A DNA stretch of 64,000 nt from Candidatus Multivoradales bacterium (GTDB lineage Bacteria; Acidobacteriota; Thermoanaerobaculia; Multivoradales; JAHEKO01), in the NCBI GenBank assembly GCA_965248055.1, contig CBDFIJ010000004.1, forward strand, positions 2,432,001 through 2,496,000, in the 5' to 3' direction. Made by a program: the position numbers and the translations under genes. This document shows positions 8,545 to 18,244 of the stretch, one piece after another (the first letter of the stretch is position 1; the number at the start of each line of letters is the position of its first letter). The notes beneath the pieces were generated by a model. The model had not been told where the DNA came from. It saw nothing but the letters and a program-made list of their open reading frames with translations, and ran no database searches.

Positions 8545-9702
8545 TTAGCCGTTGTTCTGTAACTTTTCGAGCTCTTCCCTCAAACGCCGCTCTTCATCGG
8601 CCAACTTAGCTAGTTCCCGTGTTTCAGCGTCCACATCGGCGTTGAACTTATCGGTTTCTTCGTTCTCGTTGACCCGAGTAACGCCTCGCGAGTCCCCAGC
8701 CTTCTCGTAAGCGGTTCGCGCTTGCGGCCAGTTCTTCTGCTTCTCGTAGACGAATCCCAAGGCGCTCCAGATTTTGGCGGTGTTGGAACTGTTGTTGGTT
8801 TTGCGTAGTGCGTCTTGCAAGCTGTTCGCAGCGGCGGAGTAGCTTCCAGTCGCAGTCTGTGCTTGACCAATGTAGTAGGTCGGCAACCAGTCGCTGTTGT
8901 TGGCCGATGCGGCTCTTTGGAAGGTACCGATGGAGTCGGCGTATTGCTTGCCGCCGAGTTGGGCTTGACCCAGTCGCATCAAGTTATCGAAGCTGCCACT
9001 GGCCGAAACCAACCGCGTTGCCGCAGCTACGGACTTGGCGTATGCCGCTCTTTTGCCGCTGTCGCTACGCTCCTCGCGACCCTGGCGTAGTGCTGCGTCG
9101 GCCAGTGCGCGCAGCTTCTCTGCGTCGGCACTCAAGGAGACTGCTTTGTCCAACGCACTTACCGCTCTGCCGGTTTGTCCATCGTTGAACAGCATCACCC
9201 CATATTGATACTGCGTGTCCGCGTCGTTGGGGTTCTTGGCGACCGAGTCGCCGAGCGCAGCGATTGCGCTGGAAGTGTTACCACTCTTTTGCAGGGCAAT
9301 CGCTTTCAGTTGGTTGACCGAAGCTTGCTGACTCGAAGGCAGCGAAGCCACGTTGATCTTGGAAAGCAAGGTGGCGGCGTCGGCGTAGCGGCTTGCTTTG
9401 ACAAAAGCCTGCCCCAGGACGACCTGTGTGCCGACGTTTGCTGGATCCAAGTCATAGGCCTTGCGTAGAGAAGATACTGCCTCCTGGGCCCGGTCAGCGG
9501 CCAAGAAAGACCTGCCAAGCATCATGTGGCCACCGGCGTACTCTGGCTGTGCGCCGACCACGCCTTGAAACTCTTGGATTGCCTGTGAGTAGTTGCGCGC
9601 TTTGTAGGCTGCGACACCCTCTTCCCAACCTGCGAAAGCGGGAGCGGACAGTAGTAAGCCAAGAGTGACTCCTGAGCGTAAAATTCTTTGAATTCGGGTC
9701 AT
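8545..9702 (-). CDS. exported tetratricopeptide repeat protein with C-terminal coiled coil
   Basis: AAGGAG RBS before ATG 9702; signal peptide ending AFA; multiple TPR units. Confidence 0.9.
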   Translation of the reverse strand: MTRIQRILRSGVTLGLLLSAPAFAGWEEGVAAYKARNYSQAIQEFQGVVGAQPEYAGGHMMLGRSFLAADRAQEAVSSLRKAYDLDPANVGTQVVLGQAFVKASRYADAATLLSKINVASLPSSQQASVNQLKAIALQKSGNTSSAIAALGDSVAKNPNDADTQYQYGVMLFNDGQTGRAVSALDKAVSLSADAEKLRALADAALRQGREERSDSGKRAAYAKSVAAATRLVSASGSFDNLMRLGQAQLGGKQYADSIGTFQRAASANNSDWLPTYYIGQAQTATGSYSAAANSLQDALRKTNNSSNTAKIWSALGFVYEKQKNWPQARTAYEKAGDSRGVTRVNENEETDKFNADVDAETRELAKLADEERRLREELEKLQNNG

Positions 9703-9775
9703 ATTGGTTAACTCCTTAACACCAACTGAAGGTGCCAAAAAAAGGAAAACTGCAAAGGGGGTGCCACCCCGTCCA

Positions 9776-10315
9776 TCAGTTGGATTGCAACGCTACGTGG
9801 TGTGAGGTGATCAAACCGTAGAGAACCTTACACACTTCAAAGGGTGACTGATTCCAGGTTCGGGCGATCTCAGTAATCGACCGGCTTCCATCAATGCGAC
9901 GTACCACTGCCCACTCTTGATGACTAAAGGTAACCGAGGCGCTCGGGTCTTCGGGTTCGGAAAGCATCGGTACTTGCTCCAACGAACCGATCTTTTGCGA
10001 CAGTAGGCGCCATTCGTCTTGTCGACGGGCAGCTTCCATCAGCAACTGGTTGTTGGAATCGGTAATCGTGCGATCGGGAGGTTCGACCCCAGCGGTAAAC
10101 ACGAACTCACCCGACTCCCAGGCTGCTATGTCGTAAACAGCTTCATTCCCGGTGAGTGTCCCTTTTGATCCGAAGACGATTTTTCCTTCTTCAAGAAATA
10201 TTTGCCCCTGGTTGGAACCGTTCTGTACCGCAAACACTCCAGTTTTTTGCGAAGCCGCAATCAACTGGATGAGGTCGGCCAGGGATACATCGCTGAGTGA
10301 ACCTTGAAGTGCCAT
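9776..10315 (-). CDS. DUF4388 (PATAN-like) domain protein with C-terminal winged-helix-like region
   Basis: MALQGSLSDVSLADLIQ..KTG, WESGEFVF, LLMEAARRQDEW; C-terminal IDGSRSITEIA. Confidence 0.85.
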   Translation of the reverse strand: MALQGSLSDVSLADLIQLIAASQKTGVFAVQNGSNQGQIFLEEGKIVFGSKGTLTGNEAVYDIAAWESGEFVFTAGVEPPDRTITDSNNQLLMEAARRQDEWRLLSQKIGSLEQVPMLSEPEDPSASVTFSHQEWAVVRRIDGSRSITEIARTWNQSPFEVCKVLYGLITSHHVALQSN

Positions 10316-10340
10316 AGGACCTCCCTCTACTAAGGGCGGG

Positions 10341-11057
10341 TTAGTTCATCTTGAAGTTGACGGTCAAGGTATAGATGACGTCAACAGGACGTCCGTCGGC
10401 GGTGGTCGCGGGCTCAAACTTCCACTTCTTCACCGCATCCACAGCCGCCTGATCGAGACCCATGGGAAGGCCCTTGAGCACTTTGACGCTGGTGACATTA
10501 CCTTCTTTGTCGATAATCGTCTCCAAGATCACGATGCCTTGAATCCGTGCTTTGCGAGCGATCTCGGTGTACACCGGATCCGGGTGGTAGATCTTGGCGG
10601 GAGCTTCAATGTCACCACCGACGCGAATCGGTCCGGTGAACTGCTCCGGCGGAGCTTCCGGGATGTCAAAGACGATGTCGTCGGTTGGGATATCGAAATC
10701 CTCGTCAATTTCCTCTTCCAAGCGAATCGGTTCCGGCTCATCGGGTGTCGGATCAGGAATCGGGACCTTCTTCGCTTTGGGCTTGGGGACTTCCTGCTGT
10801 TGTTGCGGTGGAGGGGGCTTGAATCGCACCTGCTGCATCACGTAGACCTTTTGCTTCTCTTGGGCTTGGGTGGTGCTGGTGGCCTTCGGTACTGCTATGA
10901 AGAGAAGCGCCACATGAACCGGGATTGCAATTGCCCAAGCAATCCGACTGAACCTCCGATCTTCGCGCTCTTCGAGCGCGTAGATTCCGTATTCGCCAGC
11001 GGCCACATCAATGGGGGCAGCGGCCTTGCTGATTTTGGGCTTATTAGCTTCGCTCAT
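10341..11057 (-). CDS. tonB: energy transducer TonB
   Basis: TM anchor with His, Pro-rich linker, C-terminal PVYTEIARKARIQG..WKFEPA. Confidence 0.9.
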   Translation of the reverse strand: MSEANKPKISKAAAPIDVAAGEYGIYALEEREDRRFSRIAWAIAIPVHVALLFIAVPKATSTTQAQEKQKVYVMQQVRFKPPPPQQQQEVPKPKAKKVPIPDPTPDEPEPIRLEEEIDEDFDIPTDDIVFDIPEAPPEQFTGPIRVGGDIEAPAKIYHPDPVYTEIARKARIQGIVILETIIDKEGNVTSVKVLKGLPMGLDQAAVDAVKKWKFEPATTADGRPVDVIYTLTVNFKMN

Positions 11058-11079
11058 CGTTCTCCCCGTCTGGGTTCTG

Positions 11080-11517
11080 TTAATACCAGAACTGTTCGAC
11101 CTCGCGTTGGGTTGGAATAGAAATATTCTCGACTTTCAGCCCGATTCTGTCTTCCGCTTGACGCAATTCGTCGAATACGTCCACCATGTAGCCATATTCG
11201 GAATCCTGGGAAGGACGGATAATTACCGGTTTTTTGGGATTGTTCTCAAGCTTGGGCTTGAGGTACTCTAAAACCTCGCTCAACGGCATCGGTCTGGTGT
11301 CGACGATCAGTTGGCCACCTGGTTGGATCTCGATCAAAACCGAATCCTCTTTTTCGACCTGTGGGGGGCTGTCATCGTCCTTGGGCAGGGCGAAGTCCAA
11401 ACCTCGAGTGGCGGCAAAGGTCGTTGTGATCATGAAGTAAATGATCAACAAGAACGCGATGTCGGCCATCGACGAAGTCGGAATTTCGTCTGAAACATCT
11501 TTCTTTGAAAAGCGCAT
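11080..11517 (-). CDS. exbD: ExbD/TolR family protein
   Basis: IPTSSMADIAFLLIIYFM TM motif with the conserved Asp. Confidence 0.9.
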   Translation of the reverse strand: MRFSKKDVSDEIPTSSMADIAFLLIIYFMITTTFAATRGLDFALPKDDDSPPQVEKEDSVLIEIQPGGQLIVDTRPMPLSEVLEYLKPKLENNPKKPVIIRPSQDSEYGYMVDVFDELRQAEDRIGLKVENISIPTQREVEQFWY

Positions 11518-11519
11518 CC

Positions 11520-11954
11520 CTAGGCTCCTTGGCCTTCGATCGTTTCCTGCTGCGACAACAGGTAGATCACCCGTGCTTTTGCTTGCTTGAGCGCGTCGAC
11601 CACTCGGTCGACGGTCTCATACGAGACCTCGCGGTCAGCCTTGAGCACGAACTCCTTATCTGGGTTCAACGCCAGAACTTCAGCGGCGAAGGACAGGACG
11701 TCTTCCGGTCCCGGTACTACGCTACTGGTTTGCTCCCCGTCGCTGACCCGTATCCGACCGCTCTCGGTTACCGAGATGTAGGCAGCCTTCTTAGGGATCT
11801 CGAGGCGGATGGCGGTCTCTGGCAGCGACACCGATGTCTTGTCCACCTCAAAAGTGATGGTGAGCATGAAAAAGATGATCAATAGGAATGCGATATCCGC
11901 CATCGAAGCCGTCGGGATGATCGCCGCACTTTGCTGTCCGCGTTTAAGACTCAT
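11520..11954 (-). CDS. exbD: ExbD/TolR family protein (second copy)
   Basis: IPTASMADIAFLLIIFFM; LKADREVSY. Confidence 0.9.
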   Translation of the reverse strand: MSLKRGQQSAAIIPTASMADIAFLLIIFFMLTITFEVDKTSVSLPETAIRLEIPKKAAYISVTESGRIRVSDGEQTSSVVPGPEDVLSFAAEVLALNPDKEFVLKADREVSYETVDRVVDALKQAKARVIYLLSQQETIEGQGA

Positions 11955-11975
11955 AATTCCCCGCTTCTCTCCTGA

Positions 11976-12620
11976 TCAAGCGGAGGTTCCGCCCTTGCGG
12001 TCCATATCGTTGAATGTCTCGATCAACATGTTGGAGGAGGTCTCTACATCGCGCACGAACTTATTCACCTTGGACATGAAGTAGTTGTAGAGAACCTGGA
12101 AAGGAATGGCTACTGCAAGTCCTCCGGCGGTTGTGGTCAGTGCTTCTTTGATACCCGAGGCAACCAATCCAGGGTTGGACAGACCTGCTTCAGCCAGCGC
12201 GTCGAAGGAGCTCATCATGCCGGTGACGGTACCGAAGAAACCGAGTAGTGGAGCAACATTGGCGACCGTCGCCAAAACCGGCAGTCGGCGCTCGAGGCGG
12301 CCCATCTCATAGAGGGCAGCATTCTCGATGGTCTTTTCGATCTCTTCCTTGTCATGACCGTGCTTGAGCAGTCCAGCCTTCATGATCGAAGCGATCGGCC
12401 CCTTGTATTGTTCGCATACCTGAACGCCGTCCTGGATCGAACGGTTTACTAACAGGGCTTTGCGCAATTTGGCAAGGAATTCATTGACGTTGACTTTGGC
12501 CTTGCGCAGAACCAGGAACCGCTCAATGCTGACGACCGTGGCGAGTATCGACAGGAACAACAAGATCCACATGATCCACCCGCCCTGGTAAAAGTACTCG
12601 ATCAGTTTGAAATTGCCCAC
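11976..12620 (-). CDS. exbB: MotA/TolQ/ExbB proton channel protein
   Basis: APLLGFFGTVTGM and GIKEALTTTAGGLAVAIP motifs; GGAGG RBS. Confidence 0.92.
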   Translation of the reverse strand: MGNFKLIEYFYQGGWIMWILLFLSILATVVSIERFLVLRKAKVNVNEFLAKLRKALLVNRSIQDGVQVCEQYKGPIASIMKAGLLKHGHDKEEIEKTIENAALYEMGRLERRLPVLATVANVAPLLGFFGTVTGMMSSFDALAEAGLSNPGLVASGIKEALTTTAGGLAVAIPFQVLYNYFMSKVNKFVRDVETSSNMLIETFNDMDRKGGTSA

Positions 12621-12848
12621 TTCAAGAACCTCCGTAAATGTTTAGACCAATGGCGTGTGCCTTTGGTTCCCTCCGTCACCGTGGGTTCTCCGGAGGCCAT
12701 CCTTTGTGGCTCCTTGGAACGGTCTAACGGTGGTGTTGGATGTCGTATTCAACATGTTAATTGCACCCTCTGAGGGTAGCGCGGGATGTTAGCACGCAGC
12801 CTGGAATACGGGCAAAGATCGAACTCACTGGTTCGTCTAACGGTCGCG

Positions 12849-13352
12849 CTACGCGGTGGTTATCCTATCGGTCAGTCGTTCGAAAGCTTCTCTGTGGGCA
12901 CAGCAAATGGCAACCGCCAAAGCGTCTGATATGTCGTGTTTGAGCGCCTCGCTGGGTAGGCTGAGAAGCAGCCGGACCATGTGTGCCACCTGATGCTTGT
13001 CTGCCCGACCGTGCCCGGTGACCGCAGACTTGACCTGACTCGGGGCGTATTCTCGGATGGTCACTTGGTGCGCTGCCACCGCTGCGATCAGGGCTCCCCG
13101 GGCTTGAGATAGGACGATCAACGAGCGGGGATTGATCCCGGCAAACGGAGTCTCCAAGGCGACCACTTCGGGGCGGTACTTGAAAACTAGCTGGCTCATT
13201 CCCTGGTGCAGAGCCGCCAATCTCTCGGCGAGCGGGGTCTTGGCCGTGCTCGACAAGACGCCAAAGTCGACGGCATCCAGTTTGCTGCCTCGAGATTCGA
13301 CCACGCCATATCCAGTCGCCTGGCTACCGGGATCGATGCCCAGGATCAACAC
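12849..13352 (-). CDS. ruvC: Holliday junction resolvase RuvC
   Basis: ILGIDPG, QARG, VKSAVTGHGRADK, DISDALAVAICC. Confidence 0.96.
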   Translation of the reverse strand: MLILGIDPGSQATGYGVVESRGSKLDAVDFGVLSSTAKTPLAERLAALHQGMSQLVFKYRPEVVALETPFAGINPRSLIVLSQARGALIAAVAAHQVTIREYAPSQVKSAVTGHGRADKHQVAHMVRLLLSLPSEALKHDISDALAVAICCAHREAFERLTDRITTA

Positions 13353-13358
13353 TTGGGC

Positions 13359-14105
13359 TCAGGCTCCTTCGGCCATGAGGTCGGCGTCGATCTCAAAGTT
13401 TGCCCAGACATGTTGTACGTCATCGTGGTCCTCAAGAAACTCCATGAGCTTGAGCAAAGACTCCACGTGGTCGTTGCCGACTTGGATCGTGTTTTTGGGG
13501 AGCCAAGCGAGTTGCGCCGACGCCAACGGTACCTCACGACGGTCCAGTTCTGCCCGGAGCTCCAGATAACCCTCCGGCGTGGAAAAGATTTCGTGCGTCT
13601 CGCCGTCGCTGGAGAAATCTTCCGCGCCAGCCTCGATGGCGATTTCCATCAATTGTTCTTCGTCCATCGAATCGGCGTCGACGGTCAAGTAACCACGCTG
13701 ATCGAAAATCCACGCAACACAGCCGTTCTCTCCCAGGTTCCCCCCGTATTTGGAGAGCAGGTGGCGGACCTCGGCAACCGTACGATTCTTATTATCCGTG
13801 AGAACTTCGACCAAGATCGCCACCCCACCGGGGCCGTAGCCTTCGTAGGTAAGTTCTTCTAGGCCGCCTCCTTCCAGTTCCCCGCTACCCTTGAGGATCG
13901 CGCGCTCGATGTTTTGACTGGGGACGTTGCTGGCTTTGGCCTCTTGCACCGCGGCTCGTAGCCGATGATCGTTGTCCGGATCAGCTCCACCCAAGCGTGC
14001 CGCGACGGTGATCTCCTTGAGCAGCTTGGTCCACAACTGGCCCCTGCGCGCGTCGGTCACTGCCTTCTTGCGCTTGATCTGCGCCCACTTACTATGTCCA
14101 GCCAT
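13359..14105 (-). CDS. yebC: YebC/PmpR family regulator
   Basis: MAGHSKWAQIKRKK, YEGYGPGG, TDNKNRT, DDVQHVWAN. Confidence 0.96.
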   Translation of the reverse strand: MAGHSKWAQIKRKKAVTDARRGQLWTKLLKEITVAARLGGADPDNDHRLRAAVQEAKASNVPSQNIERAILKGSGELEGGGLEELTYEGYGPGGVAILVEVLTDNKNRTVAEVRHLLSKYGGNLGENGCVAWIFDQRGYLTVDADSMDEEQLMEIAIEAGAEDFSSDGETHEIFSTPEGYLELRAELDRREVPLASAQLAWLPKNTIQVGNDHVESLLKLMEFLEDHDDVQHVWANFEIDADLMAEGA

Positions 14106-14325
14106 TTGTAATTCTCGATCGTTTCGTAGTGTGAAGATTGGCAGCGACGAAGCTACACAATTGAGGTGCCCACGACTTGCAATGCCCGAATTCTAGCGGA
14201 TCGGAGGTGGTGGATTCGATTGACGGAGTTGGGGTCGAGTGTTAGAACGGAATTGCGTTGACCGCCCAACTTCGGAAGTGAGGGAATCGAATCCGGCGTA
14301 GGTTGCATCAAGGAGTAGTACAGCC

Positions 14326-15915
14326 ATGGGATCTGACGACAAACCAACCAATGCTCAAGGAGCGAAGATTTCCACCCAAGAGCTTTTTGGCGATTTTCTG
14401 GGCGAGGTGGAATCTGCGTGGGATGCGGGCTTGGTCGCCGCAGAGGAGAAAGACGCAGATCGCGGTGCCTCGGTATCTGCAGCGCTTTCTGTTCCGGTGC
14501 AGAGCCCCAGTCGGACGGGGAACCCTTCGGCTGAGCCCATGGAATCATTGCAAGCTCCGGAGCCGCGGCAGACGGCGGGGGTATCGCAGGAGGGTGGCAT
14601 TGTCCTCGACGGCCTTGAGGATACGGCACCGACGGAAGTCCTTGACGCTCCTGAAGTCGAGGCGCAGACCGAGACGCTTCCTTCTGTCGTAGATTCCCAG
14701 GTAAACGCTACCCCCAACTCTGAGAGCAATGCATTTGAGAGCCGTGCCCCTGAGAACGAACTACCCGAAACCAGTTTAGGTGTGAGCGCGTTGTCGGGAG
14801 CACCAGCGAGCGAGGATTTGGACGTACCTGCGGCGAGTTCTCTTGGGCGAGAAGGCGCAGAAGACACGTCGATCGAGCTTGAAGAGCCAATCTCCCAAGA
14901 AGCGGTCCGCCAAAAAGTAGCCCTTGAAGAGCCGGTACCAGCCCAACCCACCGGGGCGTCGCCAAGCATCGGACCCGACTTGGCGATCCCGTTGCTGGCG
15001 AGGTTTACTGCAGAACTGCAAAGAGAAGAGGGGCAAACCGAACCCACATCGATAGAAGAAACCACGACTCTCGAAGCGGACTTGGATCAGGTGGAGTCCG
15101 TAGTCCTTCTTGACTCGGGAACGCCCCAACTCGGTGCGGCCGAAATCGGGGAACCACCGGTTGACCAGCCATTGGCGTCAGACTGCGAGTCCGCAGCAGC
15201 AAAAGTGGAGGCGATTGAGTCCACTGCCTATATGCCTTGGATGGAAGATGGTTCCGGGACCAATTGGGCGCGGCTAGCTGCCATGGCGCTCCTTGTTGGG
15301 GTTTTCGGGCTGATTGTTTGGTGGTTTGCCTTTCGTCAGACGACCGGGGCGACAGACGCGACCGGAGCTACCAGCTCCGCAGTCTCAACTGCTGCAGATG
15401 TAGCCACACCGATCGCACCTGTGACGCAAAGCCCTGAGCAAACCATCCCGGCGGCCGGTGAATTGATCCCTGGGCAGACCGGCGAGCAGGCTGACGAGCT
15501 GACGACAGCAGAACTCGCGGTCGCTTTGGTGTCCGGGTCTACGGAAGTCGATGGCCCAACAGTCGAGTCCTCAGGCGTGGTGGCCACCCAAGAACGAATT
15601 TCTGCCTGGCTGGACTCTGAGATGGCGGTTCGCGAGCAACGGCTGCGTGCTGTATTTGACGAGCAGCGCCGCCAGATTGAAGAGGAGATTGCCAGGATCG
15701 AGTTGGCTACTACTGGGGCGGTGGTGCCGGCGGACACGCAAGCCGACCAACCGGGGAATGCACAGACTGCCGTATCAACCGAGGTGCCGGTTCAAGAGTT
15801 AGCGCAACAATCGGCAGCCGAAGAGTCAGGGCAAGATTCAGTAGCCGGTAATCCGCGTGAGACCGGCGAAGTGGCTGCGCCTAGGGACGCAGCTGCGGAG
15901 GGTGGCGAGGGCTAA
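14326..15915 (+). CDS. hypothetical acidic low-complexity single-pass membrane protein
   Basis: 529-aa ORF with AGGAG RBS; E/A/S/P-rich; one TM segment (AAMALLVGVFGLIVWWFAF); coiled coil near C-terminus. Confidence 0.75.
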   Translation: MGSDDKPTNAQGAKISTQELFGDFLGEVESAWDAGLVAAEEKDADRGASVSAALSVPVQSPSRTGNPSAEPMESLQAPEPRQTAGVSQEGGIVLDGLEDTAPTEVLDAPEVEAQTETLPSVVDSQVNATPNSESNAFESRAPENELPETSLGVSALSGAPASEDLDVPAASSLGREGAEDTSIELEEPISQEAVRQKVALEEPVPAQPTGASPSIGPDLAIPLLARFTAELQREEGQTEPTSIEETTTLEADLDQVESVVLLDSGTPQLGAAEIGEPPVDQPLASDCESAAAKVEAIESTAYMPWMEDGSGTNWARLAAMALLVGVFGLIVWWFAFRQTTGATDATGATSSAVSTAADVATPIAPVTQSPEQTIPAAGELIPGQTGEQADELTTAELAVALVSGSTEVDGPTVESSGVVATQERISAWLDSEMAVREQRLRAVFDEQRRQIEEEIARIELATTGAVVPADTQADQPGNAQTAVSTEVPVQELAQQSAAEESGQDSVAGNPRETGEVAAPRDAAAEGGEG

Positions 15916-16023
15916 ACTCTCCTGCTTTGATCCTTTTCTGCTGGAAACTCAAGGTTTGATTTTTTTCGAAGCGAGCTAAACTCGCCAACCGGGTTGTCAG
16001 TGCTCCCGTAATACTGAAATCAA

Positions 16024-16869
16024 ATGCCTTGGTTTAGAAAAGCTCGCCAACCGAAACCACTCCGAGAAAGAGCCAGTCGGAGCGGCGTTCCCGAGGGCTT
16101 GTGGGTTAAGTGCGGCGGTTGTCGTGAAATCGTCTACTCCAAAGAAGTCACCAAGAATGGTGAGATCTGTCCCAAGTGCGGTTTTCACTTTCGCATTGGA
16201 GTGGACGCGCGAGTCGATCTGCTGCTCGATCCCGGAGCGGTCGAAATAGAGACCGGAATTGTTTCCGGCGACCCACTCTCGTTCAAGGACCAAAAGCCCT
16301 ACTCGGCGCGGTTGTCCGAGTACCGCAAGCGAACCGGTGTAGAAGACGCGGTGAGGGTCTATGAAGGGGAGCTCGACGGAGTGGCGGTGATTCTTGCGGT
16401 GATGGACTATCAGTTCATGGGTGGTTCGATGGGCTCGGTAGTGGGAGAGAAAATCACCCGAGCGATTGAGCATGCCGTGGCAGTCGAGCGACCCTTGATC
16501 GTGGTATCCGCTTCCGGCGGAGCCAGGATGCAAGAAGGGGTTCTTTCGCTGATGCAAATGGCGAAGATCTCTGCGGCTTTGTCGAGACTTCGAAAGGGAT
16601 CGATGCCGTATATTTCGATCCTCACCGATCCGACGACTGGTGGTGTCACCGCATCTTTCGCCATGCTTGGAGATATTAATATTGCCGAGCCCGGCGCCTT
16701 GATTGGTTTTGCCGGGCAGCGCGTGATCCAACAGACGATTCGCCAAGAGCTTCCAGAGGGATTTCAGCGAAGCGAGTTCCTCCTCGAACACGGATTTCTG
16801 GATGCGGTGGTTCCCCGAGACGCACTCAAAAAGACCGTTTCCACTGCCATAGGCCACTTTTCCGGTTGA
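16024..16869 (+). CDS. accD: acetyl-CoA carboxylase carboxyltransferase beta subunit
   Basis: LWVKC..C..CPKC zinc finger, GGSMG, SGGARMQEG, PTTGGVTASFA. Confidence 0.97.
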   Translation: MPWFRKARQPKPLRERASRSGVPEGLWVKCGGCREIVYSKEVTKNGEICPKCGFHFRIGVDARVDLLLDPGAVEIETGIVSGDPLSFKDQKPYSARLSEYRKRTGVEDAVRVYEGELDGVAVILAVMDYQFMGGSMGSVVGEKITRAIEHAVAVERPLIVVSASGGARMQEGVLSLMQMAKISAALSRLRKGSMPYISILTDPTTGGVTASFAMLGDINIAEPGALIGFAGQRVIQQTIRQELPEGFQRSEFLLEHGFLDAVVPRDALKKTVSTAIGHFSG

Positions 16870-16873
16870 CCTA

Positions 16874-18244
16874 GTGAGTAGAGCGGGCGATCCGCCAGGC
16901 CAGATACTGGCCCGCCTCGAGTCGACCGGGATCCGACTCGGCCTTGCCCGGATTCGGGCGCTCCTTTATCAGTTCGGCGACCCCCAGAAAACTCTTCCAG
17001 CGGTGTTGGTGGCCGGGACCAATGGAAAAGGCACCACCAGCGCCAATCTGGCCGCAATGTTGTCTGCTGCGGGTTTTACGACCGGGCTCTACAGTTCGCC
17101 GCACCTTGAGTTCGTGGAGGAACGTATCCGGGTAGACGGACTGACGATCGAGTCACACGAGCTGTCACGGTTGTTGCGAGAAGTGGTTGATGCCGCAGTG
17201 GAGGCGGGTTTTGAACCGCCGACTTATTTCGAGGCCATGACCACTGCGGCGATCCTCCATTTCTCGCGGACTCCGGTCGAGGTCGCCGTCTTTGAAGTCG
17301 GTCTTGGCGGCAGACTGGATGCCACTAACGTCCTCAATCCAATTCTCTCGGTGATCACCGAGATCGGGCTCGATCATCAGAACGTCCTAGGCGATTCGTT
17401 GGACACCATTGCACGGGAGAAAGCAGGGATTCTACGTCCCGGTACAGCGTGCTGCTATTGGGTGTCCAACGCTCTGGCTCGCAGAGAAATTGAAACCCGC
17501 GCAGAGGCGCTCGGGTCGCCTTTGTTTGATGCTCGACTTGCGACCGCGATCGAGACCATCAACCACCACGATGGCGAACCAGAGAAAATTAGAGTGCAAG
17601 GTTTGAAGATAGTGGCGGAGTTTCCGACGGATGGCGGGGGAGAACATCGAGAGCGAAATCTGGCGTTGGTTCTGGTGGCCTTAGAGGTGCTGGCACGGTC
17701 TTGGCCCGATGAAGATGGTTTTGTGGTTGATCCATGGCGCGTGGAACTGGCAGTGGCCTCCTGCCTGTGGCCCGGTCGCTGTGAGTGGATTCGCCGACCG
17801 GACGGTGGCTGGGTGCTGCTGGACGGGGCTCACAATCTCCAAGGTGCGAAGGCTCTGGCAAAGCTGTTAGCGGGCAGAACCTACGGGTTGGTGTTTGGTG
17901 CCCTCATCGACAAAGAACCAGAGAAGATGATCGACGCTTTGGCCGAGGGGGCAGAGTGGACGATCGTTACCCAGCCACCGAACCAACGATCACAAGATCC
18001 GCACGTATTGGCCTCGACGATTGCCGCCGCGCAGGTCCATCGCCAACCGACCGATGCCCTAGGTGTCGCTCTAGGTCGAGCTCATTCTGAGTGTGTGGTT
18101 GTGGTCTGTGGGTCGCTGTATCTGGTGGGAGCGGTGCGCTCTAGGCTGCGCGAACTGTGGGGTCGCCCGGACTCGGTGGAGAGAATCTACCAGCCGTTCT
18201 TGCCGAACCGCCCCGATGAACCAAAGGGCGCGCAGGATCCTTAG
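16874..18244 (+). CDS. folC: folylpolyglutamate/dihydrofolate synthase
   Basis: [34 protein letters not shown]; accD-folC synteny. Confidence 0.95.
   Translation: MSRAGDPPGQILARLESTGIRLGLARIRALLYQFGDPQKTLPAVLVAGTNGKGTTSANLAAMLSAAGFTTGLYSSPHLEFVEERIRVDGLTIESHELSRLLREVVDAAVEAGFEPPTYFEAMTTAAILHFSRTPVEVAVFEVGLGGRLDATNVLNPILSVITEIGLDHQNVLGDSLDTIAREKAGILRPGTACCYWVSNALARREIETRAEALGSPLFDARLATAIETINHHDGEPEKIRVQGLKIVAEFPTDGGGEHRERNLALVLVALEVLARSWPDEDGFVVDPWRVELAVASCLWPGRCEWIRRPDGGWVLLDGAHNLQGAKALAKLLAGRTYGLVFGALIDKEPEKMIDALAEGAEWTIVTQPPNQRSQDPHVLASTIAAAQVHRQPTDALGVALGRAHSECVVVVCGSLYLVGAVRSRLRELWGRPDSVERIYQPFLPNRPDEPKGAQDP

Noticed and set aside
15997-16857. Long antisense ORF over accD (similar ones at 20007-20759 and 39308-40417)
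   Set aside because: Stop-poor shadows of conserved genes with no recognisable motifs.
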